Shown here piece after piece: positions 18,645 through 28,340 of a stretch of DNA of 64,000 nucleotides. The DNA comes from an uncultured Chloroflexia bacterium (lineage in GTDB: Bacteria > Chloroflexota > Limnocylindria > Limnocylindrales > CSP1-4). A program made the position numbers and the translations under genes. Each line of letters begins with the position of its first letter. Position 1 is the stretch's first letter. The notes below the pieces were generated by a model. The model had not been told where the DNA came from. It did not search any database and worked only from the letters and a program-made list of their open reading frames with translations. Location: the NCBI GenBank assembly GCA_963713975.1, contig OY970218.1:2912001-2976000 (forward strand), in the 5' to 3' direction.

Positions 18645-19360
18645 CGGAGAAGGAAGAGGACCAGGTACCGCAGGACGGAGCCGAGGAGGAGTCCGCTGCC
18701 TCGCCGCCCGACGACGCGGACCCCGTCGCGGGGGAGCTGAGCGAGGCCGGCCTCGAGGCCCTGCTGTTCGTGGCGGAGCGGCCCCTGGGGCGCGCCGAGA
18801 TTGCCCGCCTGGCGGGCGTCAGCCGGGACGTGGTGGACGAGCGCCTGGGCGACCTGGAGGTCACGCTCACGTCCCGTGGAGTGCGCCTGGTCGTGTCCGG
18901 CGACCGCGTGGAGCTCACCACGGCTCCAGAGGCGGGCGCGCTGATCGCCCGGTATGTCGGGGCCGATGCGGTCCGCCTGTCACCGGCGGCCCTCGAGACG
19001 CTCGCGATCATCGCCTACCGCCAGCCGATCACGAAGGCCGCGATCGAGCGGATCCGCGGCGTCGACTCAGACTACACGGTCCGGATCCTGCTCCACCGGC
19101 GCCTGGTCGCGGAGCAGGGGCGGTCCACGGCTCCGGGACGGCCCATCCTCTACGGGACCGGGTTCGAGTTCCTGGAGCGGTTCGGGCTCACCAGCCTGGA
19201 GGAGCTGCCCACGCTCGATCTCGATGTGGCCACGCGGCTGATCGACGGTACGGGCGAGACGGGCGCGACGGGCGACGAGGGGAGGGCGGCGGACCAGCCC
19301 ACCCCGGATTCCGTGGCGGCTCCGCCCGCGCCGGATCCCACGGCTCCCCGGGACGCCTGA
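18641..19360 (+). CDS. scpB: segregation/condensation protein B
   Basis: LEALLF, LSPAALETLAIIAYRQPIT, IRGVDS, GRPILYGT. Confidence 0.95.
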   Translation: MTEKEEDQVPQDGAEEESAASPPDDADPVAGELSEAGLEALLFVAERPLGRAEIARLAGVSRDVVDERLGDLEVTLTSRGVRLVVSGDRVELTTAPEAGALIARYVGADAVRLSPAALETLAIIAYRQPITKAAIERIRGVDSDYTVRILLHRRLVAEQGRSTAPGRPILYGTGFEFLERFGLTSLEELPTLDLDVATRLIDGTGETGATGDEGRAADQPTPDSVAAPPAPDPTAPRDA

Positions 19361-19364
19361 TCCC

Positions 19365-20141
19365 ATGCCGTCCGAGCGCATCTCCAAGGTGCTGGCCGCG
19401 GCCGGTATCGCCTCGCGACGCGGTTCGGACGAGCTGGTCGCGGCGGGGCGCGTCACCGTGGACGGGCGCCCGGCCACCTTGGGCGAGCGGGTGGATCCCG
19501 AGGCCCAGCGAGTGGAGGTGGATGGCCGCCCGCTACGCACCGCGTCGAGCGCCCGGGTCTACCTTGCGCTCCACAAGCCCCCGGGCGTGGCGTCCACGGT
19601 GAAGGACCGCCACGCTCAGCGAACCGTCGTGGACCTCGTGCCGGCAGAGCTCGCCGCGGGTGCGCGCCTCTACCCCGTGGGGAGGCTGGACCAGGATTCG
19701 GAGGGCCTGATCCTGCTGACCAACGACGGTGACTGGGCCGAGCACGTGCTGCACCCCAGATACGGCGTGGAGAGGGAGTACGCCGTGGCCCTCGCCAGGC
19801 CCCTGGACCGCGGCCAGGCGGTGGCACTCGAGCGTGGCGTGGAGCTGGCCGAGGGCGTGGCCACCGTCTCGCTCCTGCGCGGCCAGACCCATACCGAGGA
19901 CCGGCGGCTCGCGGACATCCTGGAGCCGCCGCCGGAGGCACACCTGACGTGGGTTCGGGTAACCATCCACCAGGGCTGGAAGCGCCAGCTGCGCAGGATG
20001 TTCGGGGAGGTCGGAGCGCCCGTCCGGCGACTCGTCCGGGTTCGGATCGGCACCCTGCGCCTGGACACGATGACCACCGGGGACGTGCGACCGCTCTCGG
20101 CCACCGAGGTCCGCCGCCTGGCTCGGACCGGGCGCGACTGA
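19365..20141 (+). CDS. rluB: ribosomal large subunit pseudouridine synthase B-like
   Basis: S4 domain GIASRR, YPVGRLDQDSEGLILLTNDG. Confidence 0.88.
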   Translation: MPSERISKVLAAAGIASRRGSDELVAAGRVTVDGRPATLGERVDPEAQRVEVDGRPLRTASSARVYLALHKPPGVASTVKDRHAQRTVVDLVPAELAAGARLYPVGRLDQDSEGLILLTNDGDWAEHVLHPRYGVEREYAVALARPLDRGQAVALERGVELAEGVATVSLLRGQTHTEDRRLADILEPPPEAHLTWVRVTIHQGWKRQLRRMFGEVGAPVRRLVRVRIGTLRLDTMTTGDVRPLSATEVRRLARTGRD

Positions 20142-20165
20142 CCGCGGGCGGCTATCCTCGCCTCG

Positions 20166-20912
20166 ATGCCCGACCCCATCGCACCCGATGCCCCCGGCAC
20201 CCCCGGCACCACCGGCGCTCCGGTTCCGGTCCAGCGTGTTGTCGTGGCCCTCGATGGTCCGGCCTCGAGCGGTAAGAGCTCAGTGGGGGCTGCGGCGGCC
20301 GCGCGCCTCGGCCTGCGGTTCGTGGACACCGGCCTGGTCTACCGCGCGATGACCGCCATGGCGTTGCGCGAAGGCGTGGCCCTCGACGATGCCGCTGCGC
20401 TCGTCCCGCTCGCGGCTCGGGTGGCGCTCGGCGACGACGGCAGCGGAAGGCTGACGCGGGTGCTCCTCGACGGCGTGGATGCCACCGAGGCCATCCGGAG
20501 TGATGCAGTCGACGGTGCGGTCTCGGTGGTCTCACGGGTGCCCGAGGTCCGCGCCGCGCTCCTCGGACGCCAGAGGGCACTCGCGGCCGACGGGGGGATC
20601 GTGGTCGCAGGCCGCGACATCGGGACCGTGGTGCTGCCGGACGCGGACCTCAAGCTGTTCCTCGATGCCTCGGTAGAGGAGCGCGCGGCGCGCCGGATCG
20701 CCGAGCGGGGCCTGGATCCCACGGGGGCTGAGGCGGCCCTGGTGCGCGAGCAGTTGCGCGCCCGTGACACGCAGGATCGGACCCGCGCGGTCGCCCCGCT
20801 CGTGGCCGCGGGTGATGCGGTGCACATCCTGACCGACGGCACCGGCTTCGGGCAGGCGGTCGAGCTAGTCGTCGCGCAGATCCGCGCCGCCGAGGACAGG
20901 CTTTGGAGGTGA
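20166..20912 (+). CDS. cmk: cytidylate kinase
   Basis: LDGPASSGKS, DTGLVYRA, GRDIGTVVLPDA. Confidence 0.95.
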   Translation: MPDPIAPDAPGTPGTTGAPVPVQRVVVALDGPASSGKSSVGAAAAARLGLRFVDTGLVYRAMTAMALREGVALDDAAALVPLAARVALGDDGSGRLTRVLLDGVDATEAIRSDAVDGAVSVVSRVPEVRAALLGRQRALAADGGIVVAGRDIGTVVLPDADLKLFLDASVEERAARRIAERGLDPTGAEAALVREQLRARDTQDRTRAVAPLVAAGDAVHILTDGTGFGQAVELVVAQIRAAEDRLWR

Positions 20913-20916
20913 TCCG

Positions 20917-21660
20917 GTGAGCCGCACCTCTGTCCTCGAGGCCGCCGCCCGCCTGGACAACCAGCGGACCGTCATAACCCGCGGCGTCGCGGTTGTCGCG
21001 CGATTCCTGGGGCGCTGCTTCGCCCGGGTCCACGTGGAGGGCCTCGAGCACGTGCCCAGGACCGGGGCCGTGATCCTCGCCGTCAACCACATCTCGAACG
21101 CCGATCCGATCATGGCCGGGGCGTGGGTCAACGAGGCGATCGGGCCCCGCCGGATCCACTGGCTGGGCAAGAAGGAGCTGTTCGACTGGCCCGTCTTTGG
21201 CTGGATGGCGGCCCACGGTGGCGTCCACCCCGTCGACCGCGGGAGCGCGGACGTCGAGGCCTTCCGGCTGGCCACGAGGATCCTCGAGGCCGGCTACGTG
21301 CTGCTGGTCTTCCCTGAGGGCACCCGCAGTCCCACCGGGGAGCTCCAGGAGGCGAAGGACGGCCTGGCCATGCTGGCGATGCGCACGGGCGCCCAGATCG
21401 TCCCGATCGGCGTCAACAACAGCGATGCGGTCTGGAAGAAGGGCCAGAAGCTGCCTTCCCCGTTCCCGCGGCGGACCATCACGGTTCGCGTCGGCCAGCC
21501 CTTCCGCGCCGCGGACGTCGTGCCGCCCGACGCGGACCGGCGCGAGGCGAAGGCCATCGCGACGGCGGCCATCATGGGCCGGATCGCGGAGCTCCTCGAC
21601 CGGCGGCACCGTGGCGTCTACGCCGGATCCATCCGGCCGGACCGTTCGCCCGAACCCTGA
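20917..21660 (+). CDS. plsC: 1-acyl-sn-glycerol-3-phosphate acyltransferase
   Basis: NHISNAD and FPEGTRS motifs; after cmk. Confidence 0.88.
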   Translation: MSRTSVLEAAARLDNQRTVITRGVAVVARFLGRCFARVHVEGLEHVPRTGAVILAVNHISNADPIMAGAWVNEAIGPRRIHWLGKKELFDWPVFGWMAAHGGVHPVDRGSADVEAFRLATRILEAGYVLLVFPEGTRSPTGELQEAKDGLAMLAMRTGAQIVPIGVNNSDAVWKKGQKLPSPFPRRTITVRVGQPFRAADVVPPDADRREAKAIATAAIMGRIAELLDRRHRGVYAGSIRPDRSPEP

Positions 21661-21716
21661 TCGGGGGCACGCCGGCGACGGCGCGATCCCCGTACGTGTG
21701 CGAACATCCCACGGCT

Positions 21717-22688
21717 ATGGGTATAGTCCAGGAAGTCCGAATCGCCAATCGAACCGGCTTCTGCTACGGCGTCCGCGAGGCCATCGACAAGGCCAAGGAG
21801 TCGGCGGCGGAGGGCAAGTCGACCCATACCCTCGGCCAGGTCGTCCATAACGAGGGCGTCATCCGCGACCTCGCCGGGTTCGGCGTGCGAAGCGTGGACA
21901 CGCTCGACGACGTCGACCAGGGGGCTGCGGTCGTCATCCGCGCCCACGGGGCAACCCCGGAGGTCTTCGATCGCGCGGAGTCGCGCGGGCTCGACGTGAT
22001 CGACGGCACCTGCACCTGGGTGATCCAGGAGCAGCGTCAGCTCCAGGGGCTCGTGGACGAGGGGTACTCCATCGTCCTGCTGGGCACGCCAAGACATCCC
22101 GAGGTCGTCGGCCTTCTGGGCTTCGCCCCGGACGCCATCGTGGTCGACGAGGAGGAGGACTGGGTGCGGATCCCGCGCCGGAAGCGGATGGCCCTGATCA
22201 CCCAGTCGACGCAGCCCCCCTGGAAGTTCGAGAAGCTCGCCGCGTTCATGGTCGGGCGCGCTCACGAGCTCAAGATCGTGAACTCCGTGTGCCCGGTCAC
22301 CATCCGCCGCCAGGAGGACACGCTGGAGACTGCCCGAGGCGTCGACCTGATGGTCGTCGTCGGCGGACGGCACTCCGCGAACACCAAGGAGCTGACCCGG
22401 CTGTGCCACATCGCCGGCACGCCGGCCATCCAGGTCGAGAACGCTCGGGACATCGACGATCCGCAGGCGTTCGAGGGGGCACGGATCGTCGGCGTGACCG
22501 GCGGCACCTCCACGCCCGTCGAGGATCTCCGGGACGTGGCCGAGCGGATCTTCGCGATCGCCGGCTCAGACGAGCAGCGGGCCCGCGCTGCAGAGCTCGC
22601 GACCGAGGCGCTGCGGGCCGTCGCCACCCCGGCCGGTCGCACGACGTCGCTACCCAGGTCCAACGTGCCCGCCGGCACGGCGTCCTGA
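21717..22688 (+). CDS. ispH: 4-hydroxy-3-methylbut-2-enyl diphosphate reductase
   Basis: GFCYGVREA, VHN, RAHG, TC, HPEV, VC, SANT, GTSTP. Confidence 0.95.
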   Translation: MGIVQEVRIANRTGFCYGVREAIDKAKESAAEGKSTHTLGQVVHNEGVIRDLAGFGVRSVDTLDDVDQGAAVVIRAHGATPEVFDRAESRGLDVIDGTCTWVIQEQRQLQGLVDEGYSIVLLGTPRHPEVVGLLGFAPDAIVVDEEEDWVRIPRRKRMALITQSTQPPWKFEKLAAFMVGRAHELKIVNSVCPVTIRRQEDTLETARGVDLMVVVGGRHSANTKELTRLCHIAGTPAIQVENARDIDDPQAFEGARIVGVTGGTSTPVEDLRDVAERIFAIAGSDEQRARAAELATEALRAVATPAGRTTSLPRSNVPAGTAS

Positions 22689-22690
22689 TC

Positions 22691-24295
22691 GTGTCATCCC
22701 GATCTGCCGGGCTCCCGGTCGTCGCGTTCGTCGGCCGGCCCAACGTGGGCAAGAGCACCCTGTTCAACAGGGTCGTGGGCGACGCGCGGGCGGCCATCGT
22801 GGAGGACCGCGCCCGGACCACCCGGGACCGGCTCTACGGCCACGCTGAGTGGAACGGCCGCCGCTTCGTCGTCGTGGACACCGGGGGTCTCGAGATCGCG
22901 CCCGGCGACCCGATCGAGGAGCAGGTCCAGGTCCAGGCGCGGCTGGCGATCAACGAGGCCGACGTGATCGTGTTCCTCGTGGACGCGATCACGGGTCCCA
23001 CTCCCGCGGACCTCGATGCCGCGGAGCTGCTGCGCCGGACGACGAAGCCCGTCCTGGTCGCCGCGAACAAGGCCGACAACGAGCGGCGCGAACTGGATGC
23101 GACCGAGTTCTTCGCCTTCGGCTGGGAGGACACCTTCGCCATCTCCGCCAGCCACGGCCGCGGCGTGGCGGACCTCCTGGACGCCGTCGTGTGGGCCCTG
23201 CCGCCCGAGAGCGAGCGCGAGATCGCCCGCAAGGCGCGCGAGGAGGAGGCCGAGGCATGGGCCAGGGAGATGGCCCGCGCCAAGCCGACTCCGTACGTCG
23301 TAGGCGATCCGGCCAACGCCCGCGATGACGAAGGCGACGATGTCGGGGACGGCGACGAGAGCGACGACGCCGGGGCCGCGGACGAGCCGGGCTCGATGGA
23401 GGATGTCTCGGCCCGCTGGGATGCGGCGATGGCCGCCGATGACGACGAGCCGCCCGCGATCGCCTTCGTCGGGCGACCCAACGTGGGCAAGTCCAGCCTG
23501 CTCAACGCGCTTATCGGTGACAACCGGATGATCGTGTCCGACATCCCCGGCACCACCCGGGACGCCATCGACACCACCATCCCGTGGGGGCGCAGCGAGA
23601 TCGTCCTCATCGATACGGCCGGCATCAAGCGGCGCGGCAAGGTCGCCTCGGGGCCGGCCGCCGAGAAGTACTCCACGATGCGCGCGCTCAAGGCGATCTC
23701 CCGCGCCGACGTCGCCGTCCTCCTCCTCGATGCCCACGACGGACTGACGGCCCAGGATGCCCACGTGGCCGGATACGTGATTGAGGAGGGCAAGGGCCTC
23801 ATCATCGCGGTCAACAAGTGGGACATCGTCGAGGACAAGACCCACAAGACGTTCGACGAGCTTTCGACGAAGCTGCGGCGCGAGCTCGCATTCATCGACT
23901 ACGCGCCGATCGTGTCCATCAGTGCCAAGACCGGGCAGCGGGTGGAGCGGGTCCTGGAGCTGGCCGTGGACGTGTGGGGGGAGCGCCGCCGCCGGGTCTC
24001 CACCGGTGAGCTCAACCGCCTCGTGGCGCAGGCGGTGGAGCGGACGCCGCCCGCGGTCGTCCACGGGCGCCGGGCGAAGATCCGGTACGCAACCCAGGCC
24101 GGGGTCGCGCCGCCCACGTTCGTGTTCTTCACGACGGACCCGGCCTCGATCCACTTCTCCTACCGCCGCTACCTCGAGAACCGGCTGCGCGAGGCCTATG
24201 GCTTCGATGGGACGCCGATCCGCCTCGTCTTCCGCGAGCAGATCCGGGTGAAGCTGCCGCGCGGCCGGAAGGGCTCGCACGGCAAGCGCGGCTGA
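22691..24295 (+). CDS. der: ribosome biogenesis GTPase Der
   Basis: Two GRPNVGKS G-domains, DTGG/DTAG, C-terminal KH-like PPTFVFF..YLENRLR. Confidence 0.96.
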   Translation: MSSRSAGLPVVAFVGRPNVGKSTLFNRVVGDARAAIVEDRARTTRDRLYGHAEWNGRRFVVVDTGGLEIAPGDPIEEQVQVQARLAINEADVIVFLVDAITGPTPADLDAAELLRRTTKPVLVAANKADNERRELDATEFFAFGWEDTFAISASHGRGVADLLDAVVWALPPESEREIARKAREEEAEAWAREMARAKPTPYVVGDPANARDDEGDDVGDGDESDDAGAADEPGSMEDVSARWDAAMAADDDEPPAIAFVGRPNVGKSSLLNALIGDNRMIVSDIPGTTRDAIDTTIPWGRSEIVLIDTAGIKRRGKVASGPAAEKYSTMRALKAISRADVAVLLLDAHDGLTAQDAHVAGYVIEEGKGLIIAVNKWDIVEDKTHKTFDELSTKLRRELAFIDYAPIVSISAKTGQRVERVLELAVDVWGERRRRVSTGELNRLVAQAVERTPPAVVHGRRAKIRYATQAGVAPPTFVFFTTDPASIHFSYRRYLENRLREAYGFDGTPIRLVFREQIRVKLPRGRKGSHGKRG

Positions 24296-24331
24296 GTCGG
24301 CGGCCGCGCGCGGTGGTAGACTCGTCCGCCT

Positions 24332-24408
24332 CGGGGCGTGGCGCAGCCTGGTAGCGCACCTGAATGGGGTTCAGGAGGTCGAGCGTTCGAATCGCTCCGC
24401 CCCGACCA
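24332..24408 (+). tRNA. tRNA-Pro (GGG)
   Basis: Cloverleaf CGGGGCG...CGCCCCG-ACCA; anticodon arm CCTGA-ATGGGGT-TCAGG; GTTCGAATC T-loop. Confidence 0.96.
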
Positions 24409-24427
24409 CTCACTCACACACGAAACA

Positions 24428-24456
24428 GGCCCTCTGGCATCGCCGGAGGGCCTTTC
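24428..24456 (+). terminator. probable intrinsic terminator after tRNA-Pro
   Basis: GGCCCTCTGGC-ATC-GCCGGAGGGCC stem followed by TTT. Confidence 0.6.
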
Positions 24457-24648
24457 GATTGGCGCTTGCACCTCATCGGCGAAGGCTCAGCCTGGATCGT
24501 TCCGAGAGGCGAGGACCGGCGCGATCAAGCAGGGAGCGAAGGGTCGAGGGCGGGCTTCGCCACGTGCCTGCCATCGCATCGGGTCATGGGCACACGGGCG
24601 GTCGCAGTCGACAACAAGCGTGTGGACGTCCGGCCAGATAGTCGGGCG

Positions 24649-24915
24649 TCAGCCCCGGTGCCGTCGCCGTCGCCCTCGGAGGCCATCCGGTCGGGGCGGC
24701 ACCGGCACCGCGAGGTCGTCCGGGTGGGGCGTGCCCGCCTGGAGATGCGAGTTCATCGTCGCTGCCCGGCCGATGCCGCCGAACAGGCCGTCGAGTCGAC
24801 TGCGCCGCCCCGCCAGGTGCCGGTTGGCCAGCACGACCAACAGGATGGCCGGAGAGAGCGCAAGCGCGAGCACGACGATCAAGACGAGAACTGTCAGGAT
24901 CCCTTCGAACGTCAC
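24649..24915 (-). CDS. small membrane protein, hypothetical
   Basis: GTG start then hydrophobic TFEGILTVLVLIVVLALALSPAILLVVLA. Confidence 0.4.
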   Translation of the reverse strand: MTFEGILTVLVLIVVLALALSPAILLVVLANRHLAGRRSRLDGLFGGIGRAATMNSHLQAGTPHPDDLAVPVPPRPDGLRGRRRRHRG

Positions 24916-25206
24916 GTCCAACTCCGCGGTACGAGCTCGCTCGGCAACATGATCCGCCAACCTCGCGCCGCCCGCCCCTCGGGTCTCGGCCGGGCCGACG
25001 CTGCTTGCGTCCCAAGCTCCACCACGAGCGGCATTAGCGGTATCGAGCGCCGGGCGCTGGCGTTGTGGTCTCGTCCCGACCATCGCGCGCTTTCGGGGTG
25101 CAATGCAGTGCCGGCACGAAGCCGCTCGGCTGATCGCCGCCCACGACGGAGGTACGGGGACTGATCGCCTCGCCATCGTCGTATGCTTCGGACGGGAGGT
25201 AGGCAG

Positions 25207-25350
25207 TTGGATCCGATCGGGTTCGTCAGTGACGTGATCCAGAACATCATCTCGTTCTTCCAGGGCCTGGCTCCAGGCGGCTTTGGCCTGATCCTGCTCC
25301 CGTTGGGCATCCTGGCGCTGATCACGGTGCTCGTGGCCCGGAAGAGGTAG
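25207..25350 (+). CDS. small membrane peptide (47 aa), not in the ORF track
   Basis: GGAGGT RBS then TTG; DPIGFVSDVIQNIISFFQGLAPGGFGLILLPLGILALITVLVARKR; abuts the GNAT gene. Confidence 0.55.
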   Translation: MDPIGFVSDVIQNIISFFQGLAPGGFGLILLPLGILALITVLVARKR

Positions 25351-25353
25351 TCG

Positions 25354-25647
25354 ATGCAGCCGGTGATCATCGACGCCGAGACAGCTAGCCGCTACGAGGC
25401 CCGCCTCGACGGCGTTCTCGCCGGATTCCTGGACTATGTCGTGAAGCGGGGCCGGCTCGCCCTGGTCCACACCGAGGTGCTGCCCGGCAACGAGGGGCAG
25501 GGGATCGGCGCGAGGCTGGTGCAGCGCGGGCTCGACGACGCTCGCGCACGCGGCATGCTGGTCATCGCGTCCTGCCCCTACGCCCGAGCGTACGTCCAAC
25601 GCCATCCCGAGACGCATGACATGGTCGTGGGCATGACACCGGCCTGA
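25354..25647 (+). CDS. GNAT family acetyltransferase (YjdJ/Acetyltransf_CG-like)
   Basis: HTEV..EGQGIG..LV, SCPY motif. Confidence 0.88.
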   Translation: MQPVIIDAETASRYEARLDGVLAGFLDYVVKRGRLALVHTEVLPGNEGQGIGARLVQRGLDDARARGMLVIASCPYARAYVQRHPETHDMVVGMTPA

Positions 25648-25805
25648 TCCCACTACGCCGGGACGGCCGCCTTTCCCGTCCGGCGTCCGCCCCGCGAGAC
25701 GCTCACATCGCTGCATGCATGGACGGCTACGATCCGGCTACCGGCGCCCGGGACTTCTCCGTCGGCCAGGCGGCTCGCGCGCCACGCTCCAGGGGTTGAC
25801 GCACG

Positions 25806-28277
25806 ATGGACGAGCCGCGGGTCAAGGCCCAGCTCCCGGACCAGGCCCGGGTGGTGATCGTGGGCGGAGGAGTGATCGGGGCGAGCATCGCCTACCACCT
25901 CGCCAAGCTCGGCTGGCACGATGTCGTGCTCCTCGAGCGCCGTGAGCTGACGGCCGGGACCACCTGGCATGCCGCGGGCCTCGTCACGTCGGCGGGCATG
26001 GCCACGGAGACGCTCCTGTGGATGGCTCGCTACACCCGCGATCTGTGCGTGTCGCTGGAGGCCGAGACCGGTCAGGCGACGGGCTTCCGGCCGATCGGCC
26101 ACATCCACCTCGCGACCACGCCGCAGCGGCTGGAGACGCTCCGGCGCGAGGCCGCCTTCGTGCGTGGCTTCGGCGTGGACGACCAGGAGATCTCGGCGGC
26201 CGAGTTCGCGCGCCACTGGCCGGCCGCGAAGACGGACGACGTCCTGGCCGCGTTCTACGTCGCCGATGAGGGTCGGGTGAACCCGGCCGACCTCACCCAG
26301 GCCTATGCGCGTGGCGCTCGCATGAACGGCGCCCGGATCATCGAGGGCGTGACCGTCACCGGCGTCACGCAGGCGAACGGGTTCGTCACGGGCGTGGAGA
26401 CGGACCACGGACCGCTCCGTGCGGAGTACGTGGTCAACGCGGCCGGTATGTGGGGCCGGGAGCTGGGGGCGATGGCCGGCGTGTCGGTCCCGCTCCAGGC
26501 CGCTGAGCACTACTACCTGATCACCGACACGGTGGATTGGGCGCATCCGGACCTGCCCATCGTGGAGGACCCGGACAGCTACGGCTACTACCGCGAGGAG
26601 GGCGGGGGTGTCCTGGTCGGCCTGTTCGAGCCAAGAGCGGCAGGATGGTCGCTGGACCGCGTGCCCCGCGATGTCGCGTTTGCCAGCCTGCCCCCGGACT
26701 GGGATCGCATCGGACCGTACCTCGATGGCGCCATGGAGCGCTTCCCGTCCCTGCGCGACGCGGGCATCCGGACGATGTTCTGCGGCCCCGAGAGCTTCAC
26801 CCCGGACGTGATGCCCCAGCTGGGCGAGGCGCCGGAGCTGCGCAACTTCTTCGTGGCTGCCGGGCTCAACAGCCTGGGGATCCTGCTCAGCGGCGGGGTC
26901 GGCAGCATCACCGCGTCCTGGATCGTCGACGGCGTGCCACCGGTGGACATCACGGGGATGACCGTCGACCGGACCCAGGCGTTCGAGACGAGCCGGCGGT
27001 TCCGCAAGGATCGCGCCGTGGAGCAGCTTGGCGCGCTGTTCGGCGACGCCTCGTTCCCGACCTGGCACGCGTGGTCGGCGCGAAACGTCCGGCGGTCCGT
27101 CATCCACGATCGGATGGCTGATCGTGGGGCGAGCTTCGCCGTGTCGTCGGGCTGGGAGTACGCGGAGTGGTTCGATCCCGACGGCATCGCGGCGGACCTG
27201 CCTCAGGGCTGGGGCAGGAATGCCGGGTTCGACCTCCAGGCGGCGGAGCACCGGGTGGTCCGTGAGGCCGTGGGCGTGCTCGACATGTCGATCATGGCCA
27301 AGCTCCTCGTCCAGGGCCGGGACGCCGAGAAGGTCCTGAACCGCGTCTGCGCGAACGACGTGTCCGTTCCGGTCGGACGCGTCGTGTACACCCAGTGGCT
27401 CAACGAGGCCGGCGGGATCATCGCGGACCTCACCGTGACCCGCCTTGCCGAGACGAAGTTCCTGGTCGTCACCACGGACCTCATCCACCGCCGGATGGCC
27501 CCATGGATCGAGCGCCACGTCCTGGACGGGGAGTTCCTGACCGTCACCGACGTCACCGCCGGGTCGACCCTCCTGACCGTCCAGGGCCCACGATCTCGCG
27601 AGCTGATTGGGAGCCTGACGAGCGCCGACCTGTCCAACGACGCCTTCCCGTACATGACGGCACAGGAGATCGACCTCCACTACGCCCGGGTCCTCGCGAT
27701 GCGGGTCACGTATGTGGGCGAGCTGGGCTGGGAGCTCCACGTGCCGGCCGACCTCGCGCTCACCGTCTACGACGCGCTCCACGAGGCCGGCACGACCGTC
27801 GGCTTCCGCGATGTGGGCCTGGGCGCGATGGGCAGCCTTCGGCTGGAGAAGGCCTATCGGGACTTCGGGCTCGACATCGACAACACGGATTCCCCGTTCG
27901 ACGTGGGCTTGGGATTCGCCGTCGCCATGGACAAGCCCGGCGGCTTCATCGGCCGCGACGCGCTCCTCCGCCGGCGACACGAAGGGCCTCCCACGCGTCG
28001 CCTGGTGCAGGTCCTGGTCGAGGACTCCGAACCGCTCCTGTACCACGGCGAGCCCCTGCTGAGGGACGGTGCGTGGGTCGGCCACGTCCGATGGGGCGCC
28101 TACGGCCACACGTTGGGGGGATCGGTGGGCCTGGCGATGATCGAGGACGAGACGGGCATCCCGGCTGAAGCGGTCGAGAACGGGAGGTTCGAGGTCGACA
28201 TCGCCGGTGTCAGATACCCGGCCCGTGCGTCGTTGCGTCCCATGTACGACCCGGACCGGGCGCGCATCAAGGCCTGA
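25806..28277 (+). CDS. GcvT-family FAD-dependent oxidoreductase (dimethylglycine/sarcosine dehydrogenase-like)
   Basis: IVGGGVIG, GTTWHAAG, GPESFTPD, GcvT domain YVGELGWEL, LRLEKAYR. Confidence 0.92.
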   Translation: MDEPRVKAQLPDQARVVIVGGGVIGASIAYHLAKLGWHDVVLLERRELTAGTTWHAAGLVTSAGMATETLLWMARYTRDLCVSLEAETGQATGFRPIGHIHLATTPQRLETLRREAAFVRGFGVDDQEISAAEFARHWPAAKTDDVLAAFYVADEGRVNPADLTQAYARGARMNGARIIEGVTVTGVTQANGFVTGVETDHGPLRAEYVVNAAGMWGRELGAMAGVSVPLQAAEHYYLITDTVDWAHPDLPIVEDPDSYGYYREEGGGVLVGLFEPRAAGWSLDRVPRDVAFASLPPDWDRIGPYLDGAMERFPSLRDAGIRTMFCGPESFTPDVMPQLGEAPELRNFFVAAGLNSLGILLSGGVGSITASWIVDGVPPVDITGMTVDRTQAFETSRRFRKDRAVEQLGALFGDASFPTWHAWSARNVRRSVIHDRMADRGASFAVSSGWEYAEWFDPDGIAADLPQGWGRNAGFDLQAAEHRVVREAVGVLDMSIMAKLLVQGRDAEKVLNRVCANDVSVPVGRVVYTQWLNEAGGIIADLTVTRLAETKFLVVTTDLIHRRMAPWIERHVLDGEFLTVTDVTAGSTLLTVQGPRSRELIGSLTSADLSNDAFPYMTAQEIDLHYARVLAMRVTYVGELGWELHVPADLALTVYDALHEAGTTVGFRDVGLGAMGSLRLEKAYRDFGLDIDNTDSPFDVGLGFAVAMDKPGGFIGRDALLRRRHEGPPTRRLVQVLVEDSEPLLYHGEPLLRDGAWVGHVRWGAYGHTLGGSVGLAMIEDETGIPAEAVENGRFEVDIAGVRYPARASLRPMYDPDRARIKA

Positions 28278-28340
28278 TCGGGGTGTGCGTCCGGGCTACA
28301 GTGACGGCGAGCGTCCGCTCGCGGCAGGGGAGGGTTCGAC

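Noticed and set aside
24332-24408. tRNA-Pro as a second integration site
   Set aside because: No duplicate of its 3' end or adjacent integrase seen in the window
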